DNA of 64,000 bases, taken from NCBI GenBank assembly GCA_001770205.1, contig MEQL01000031.1, positions 1-64,000 on the forward strand, given 5' to 3'. The stretch is from Bdellovibrionales bacterium RIFOXYD12_FULL_39_22 (GTDB lineage Bacteria > Bdellovibrionota > Bacteriovoracia > Bacteriovoracales > Bacteriovoracaceae). Shown here in pieces: positions 61,270 through 64,000 of this stretch. The translations under genes and the position numbers were made by a program. A model generated the notes under the pieces. The model did no database searches. It was given only the letters and a program-made list of their open reading frames with translations, and was not told the origin of the DNA. Each line of letters opens with the position of its first letter. Position 1 is the first letter of the stretch.

Positions 61270-64000
61270 AAGATTGCTCATCACTGTCATTTGTTTCGGT
61301 ATGGTTATCGGAATTATCTCCTGTAAAAGTTCCAAGGGTGATTTTTCAGATTTACAGGCAGATCCGGTTGATCCAGAGGTTAGAGAAATATTGGTACTGG
61401 GAGATGCAGTAGATCCTGTAGAGATTGTTAGTTTTGCTCCCACCGGAACAGAGATCATTGTTACGGCCAATAGTGAGAAAAACTTTGCAGTTTTTGTAAA
61501 TGGTACAAGTGGAACTGCAGTCAATTATCAATTTTCGTTGGATGGTGTAACGCTTATTACCGCAACGAGTGACCCCTTCATTACTATGGTCGGAACTGAT
61601 TTTTCGCTTGGAAATCATACATTGGTGATAACAGCAAGCAATGACAAAGGAATTGATGCACATACGTTCAATGTTAAACGGAATAATCCTCCAGTTATTG
61701 CTCTAAGTAGTTTGGGTAATTCTCCCGTTAATTGTGTTACAGAGACTTTTTCTTTGTCAGTGACGGCGACAGATGCAGATAGTGAAGATATTATCTTTTC
61801 ATTTTTACTAAATGGCGGCCCTGCTCCTAGTTATTTGAGTGGAGTAACTGCTGCGGCCGCGGCCACGGTAACTTTTGATCCAGTTTGTACTCATATGGGA
61901 ACAAACTCTCTTACTGTTCGGGCAACAGACACTAATGGGGAATATGTTGATTATTCCGAATTATTAACAGTGTATAATCCAAATGAAGCAAGTATTGATT
62001 CTGTGTCTCCGGTGGATAATCCCGTTGTTATTTTAAGTACAGAGAGTCAGGGTTTTATTATTTCTGCGTCTGGAAATCCGCCCCTTGATTATGAATGGTC
62101 CGTTAATCCTGGTGGTGTGGTTACTAGTTGTAACGGATTATCCACATGTTCACTAACTGGCGGAGATTTGACTCCAGGTAGTTATGTTTTTACTGCAACG
62201 GTTATAGACAATATTGCGCTTACAGATTCGCATGATTTTAATGTGGTTATTAATGATCGGCCAAGTGTTTTGTTTAAATCGCCATCTAATGCAACAACTT
62301 TAAAAATGAATTGTGGTGTTAGTAAAAATTTTCAAGTGACAATTGAAGACGATAACTTTGTTGATCCAGGCCAAACGTTCTCAATAGATTGGTTTGTTAA
62401 TGGATTGCCAAATAACTCACTTGCGAAAGTTAACGATTTAGGGGTTTATCCAATGACCTCAAGTGCAACTTTTTCTCCCAATTGCTCAAGTGCACTAATT
62501 GGAGATCTTGAAATCTCTGTAATTATTTCTGATGGATATGAGGCGCAGACGATTACTTGGGATGTTTCAGTAAATTATTTCAGTGAAACATGTAATAATT
62601 TAACCGAACGAACGGCATGTACTTTGGTTGGAATGTTAGGTTTAGGCAGTGGCCTTGATGTAGTTGCTGATTATGATCAGATTCGTATGTATCCGGCGAA
62701 TATATTACCACATCCAGGAGGTGGTTTTTTTATCTCTGATACTTTCAATCATGTGGTTTGGTTTTACAATAATTCTGGTGTGACAAAAACAGTTATTGGG
62801 ACAATTGTGCCAGATGGCCATCTTTCCGTAGTGGCCGGGGTGGGAGGGGCCGGCTCCCTTGCCTCTTCTCAAAATGCGCTAGATTTTTATTTGAATACTC
62901 CCAGTGGCCTGGCCTATCATAGTGTTACCGGAGATCTTTACGTTGCAGATTATTCCAATAATCGAATTGTAAAATTTGATTCAGCTGGACTGGGTACTAT
63001 TTTTGCTGGTGGAGGGGCCAGCAATGTTGATGGAGCTGCAAGAACTACGCATAAATGTAATAATCCGGAAAATTTAATCTTAGATGAAACTGCTGGGAGA
63101 TTGTTTGTTTCCTGTTATGGTAATAATGTGAACAATGTTGATGGAAGTTTAAAGTATTTTTTTACGGATACAAATACAGGATATACAGCATTACTTTATT
63201 CATTGGCCAATACTGCTGGAACAACAGGATTGGCCGGGACTGCGCGGACCAGACAGCTCTATTCGTTGGCCAAACATCCTTCACAAGATATTATCTTTGC
63301 AGCTGATTTACAGGCGTGTCAGATTATGGCCGTAAGCTATGGTGATACCGGAAGCTATTATGCGGGAGCAGTAAATTTATCAGCGGATAACATGGTACTT
63401 TTAACGCAAAATAGCGCTTGTGGAAACACGCTTAATCGATCCTATAATGACGTGGCGGGTGCCATTAGAACATATGGACTTGCTTTAAAAGTTAATGTGG
63501 GTGTGGTTGAAGGAGTTTTCTTTTCCGGGTTTGGTAGTCATAATGTTGGGCTTTTGAATTTAACTGGAGGCAATTTGTTTGTAGGTGGAAATACTATTGC
63601 CGCAGGAAAATATGATCGAGTATTTGGAACAAGTGTTGCTGATTATGGACGTGGCCGGCCAGCATATACAAGCGCGATGGTAAATTATCCGCTGGGGATA
63701 GATACTAAAAATGGAGTTTTATATATTGCAGATAGAAATAACTTTAAAGTTACGTTAATGGATTATACCGTGGCCAGTGGTACTCCGGCCGATTTAGTAG
63801 GTAATATTGCTCCTTATGGATACGATAGCGAATTGGATAAGTTGGCCAATAAAAGGAGGCTCTATTATCCAGAAGCAATGACTTATGATTTAGATAATCA
63901 TGCTCTATATTTTATGGACTACTCAAATTACAGAATAAGAAAGGTTGATTTAACTACCGGACGAGTGACAACAACTATTGGACGAGGTTCAAATGCAGCT
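61259..64000 (+). CDS. Large surface lipoprotein with Ig/cadherin-like domains and NHL beta-propeller (3' truncated by window)
   Basis: Not in the ORF track; ATG at 61259 after AGGGG; MFFKRLLITVICFGMVIGIISC lipobox; NNPP..TATDADSE cadherin-like; LNTPSGLAY..DLYVADYSNNRIVK and LYFMDYSNYRIRKVD NHL repeats; frame appears open to the end. Confidence 0.85.
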   Translation, partial: MFFKRLLITVICFGMVIGIISCKSSKGDFSDLQADPVDPEVREILVLGDAVDPVEIVSFAPTGTEIIVTANSEKNFAVFVNGTSGTAVNYQFSLDGVTLITATSDPFITMVGTDFSLGNHTLVITASNDKGIDAHTFNVKRNNPPVIALSSLGNSPVNCVTETFSLSVTATDADSEDIIFSFLLNGGPAPSYLSGVTAAAAATVTFDPVCTHMGTNSLTVRATDTNGEYVDYSELLTVYNPNEASIDSVSPVDNPVVILSTESQGFIISASGNPPLDYEWSVNPGGVVTSCNGLSTCSLTGGDLTPGSYVFTATVIDNIALTDSHDFNVVINDRPSVLFKSPSNATTLKMNCGVSKNFQVTIEDDNFVDPGQTFSIDWFVNGLPNNSLAKVNDLGVYPMTSSATFSPNCSSALIGDLEISVIISDGYEAQTITWDVSVNYFSETCNNLTERTACTLVGMLGLGSGLDVVADYDQIRMYPANILPHPGGGFFISDTFNHVVWFYNNSGVTKTVIGTIVPDGHLSVVAGVGGAGSLASSQNALDFYLNTPSGLAYHSVTGDLYVADYSNNRIVKFDSAGLGTIFAGGGASNVDGAARTTHKCNNPENLILDETAGRLFVSCYGNNVNNVDGSLKYFFTDTNTGYTALLYSLANTAGTTGLAGTARTRQLYSLAKHPSQDIIFAADLQACQIMAVSYGDTGSYYAGAVNLSADNMVLLTQNSACGNTLNRSYNDVAGAIRTYGLALKVNVGVVEGVFFSGFGSHNVGLLNLTGGNLFVGGNTIAAGKYDRVFGTSVADYGRGRPAYTSAMVNYPLGIDTKNGVLYIADRNNFKVTLMDYTVASGTPADLVGNIAPYGYDSELDKLANKRRLYYPEAMTYDLDNHALYFMDYSNYRIRKVDLTTGRVTTTIGRGSNAA

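Noticed and set aside
5962..61663. Numerous 60-180 aa ORFs antisense to or nested in long genes
   Set aside because: Shadow frames of well-supported CDSs without RBS or motifs

Overview
AT-rich bacterial chromosomal window, most likely Bdellovibrionota (Bacteriovoracaceae-like). This assignment rests on recalled 16S motifs and gene content and was not searched. The window opens with a complete rrn operon (16S, tRNA-Ile, 23S, 5S). Housekeeping loci are metH, speB-speA-DHS-like polyamine genes, gpmI and a panG-panB-panC-coaC-coaB-coaX-panD operon. Most interesting loci: (1) an operon encoding a TPR-S/SLOG/class III nucleotide cyclase, a membrane-anchored TIR protein and a two-CW-LuxR regulator (11.7-16.2 kb); (2) a ZorAB/MotAB-like motor in B-A order, with a ~480-aa coiled coil in the B subunit and an FHA partner, behind a sigma-28-like promoter (36.3-41.1 kb); (3) a type IV pilin fused to an S74 tail-fibre chaperone, next to a Cys-repeat secreted protein; (4) a 1393-aa secreted repeat protein with a clan CD His-Cys protease domain; (5) a toxin-antitoxin islet bracketed by a 92-bp duplication of the panD 3' end; (6) a GH57-glycogen synthase fusion with an Asp-to-Asn change at the expected catalytic site. 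A large Ig/NHL lipoprotein ORF absent from the ORF track runs off the right end. All calls come from motif reading by eye; no searches were run.
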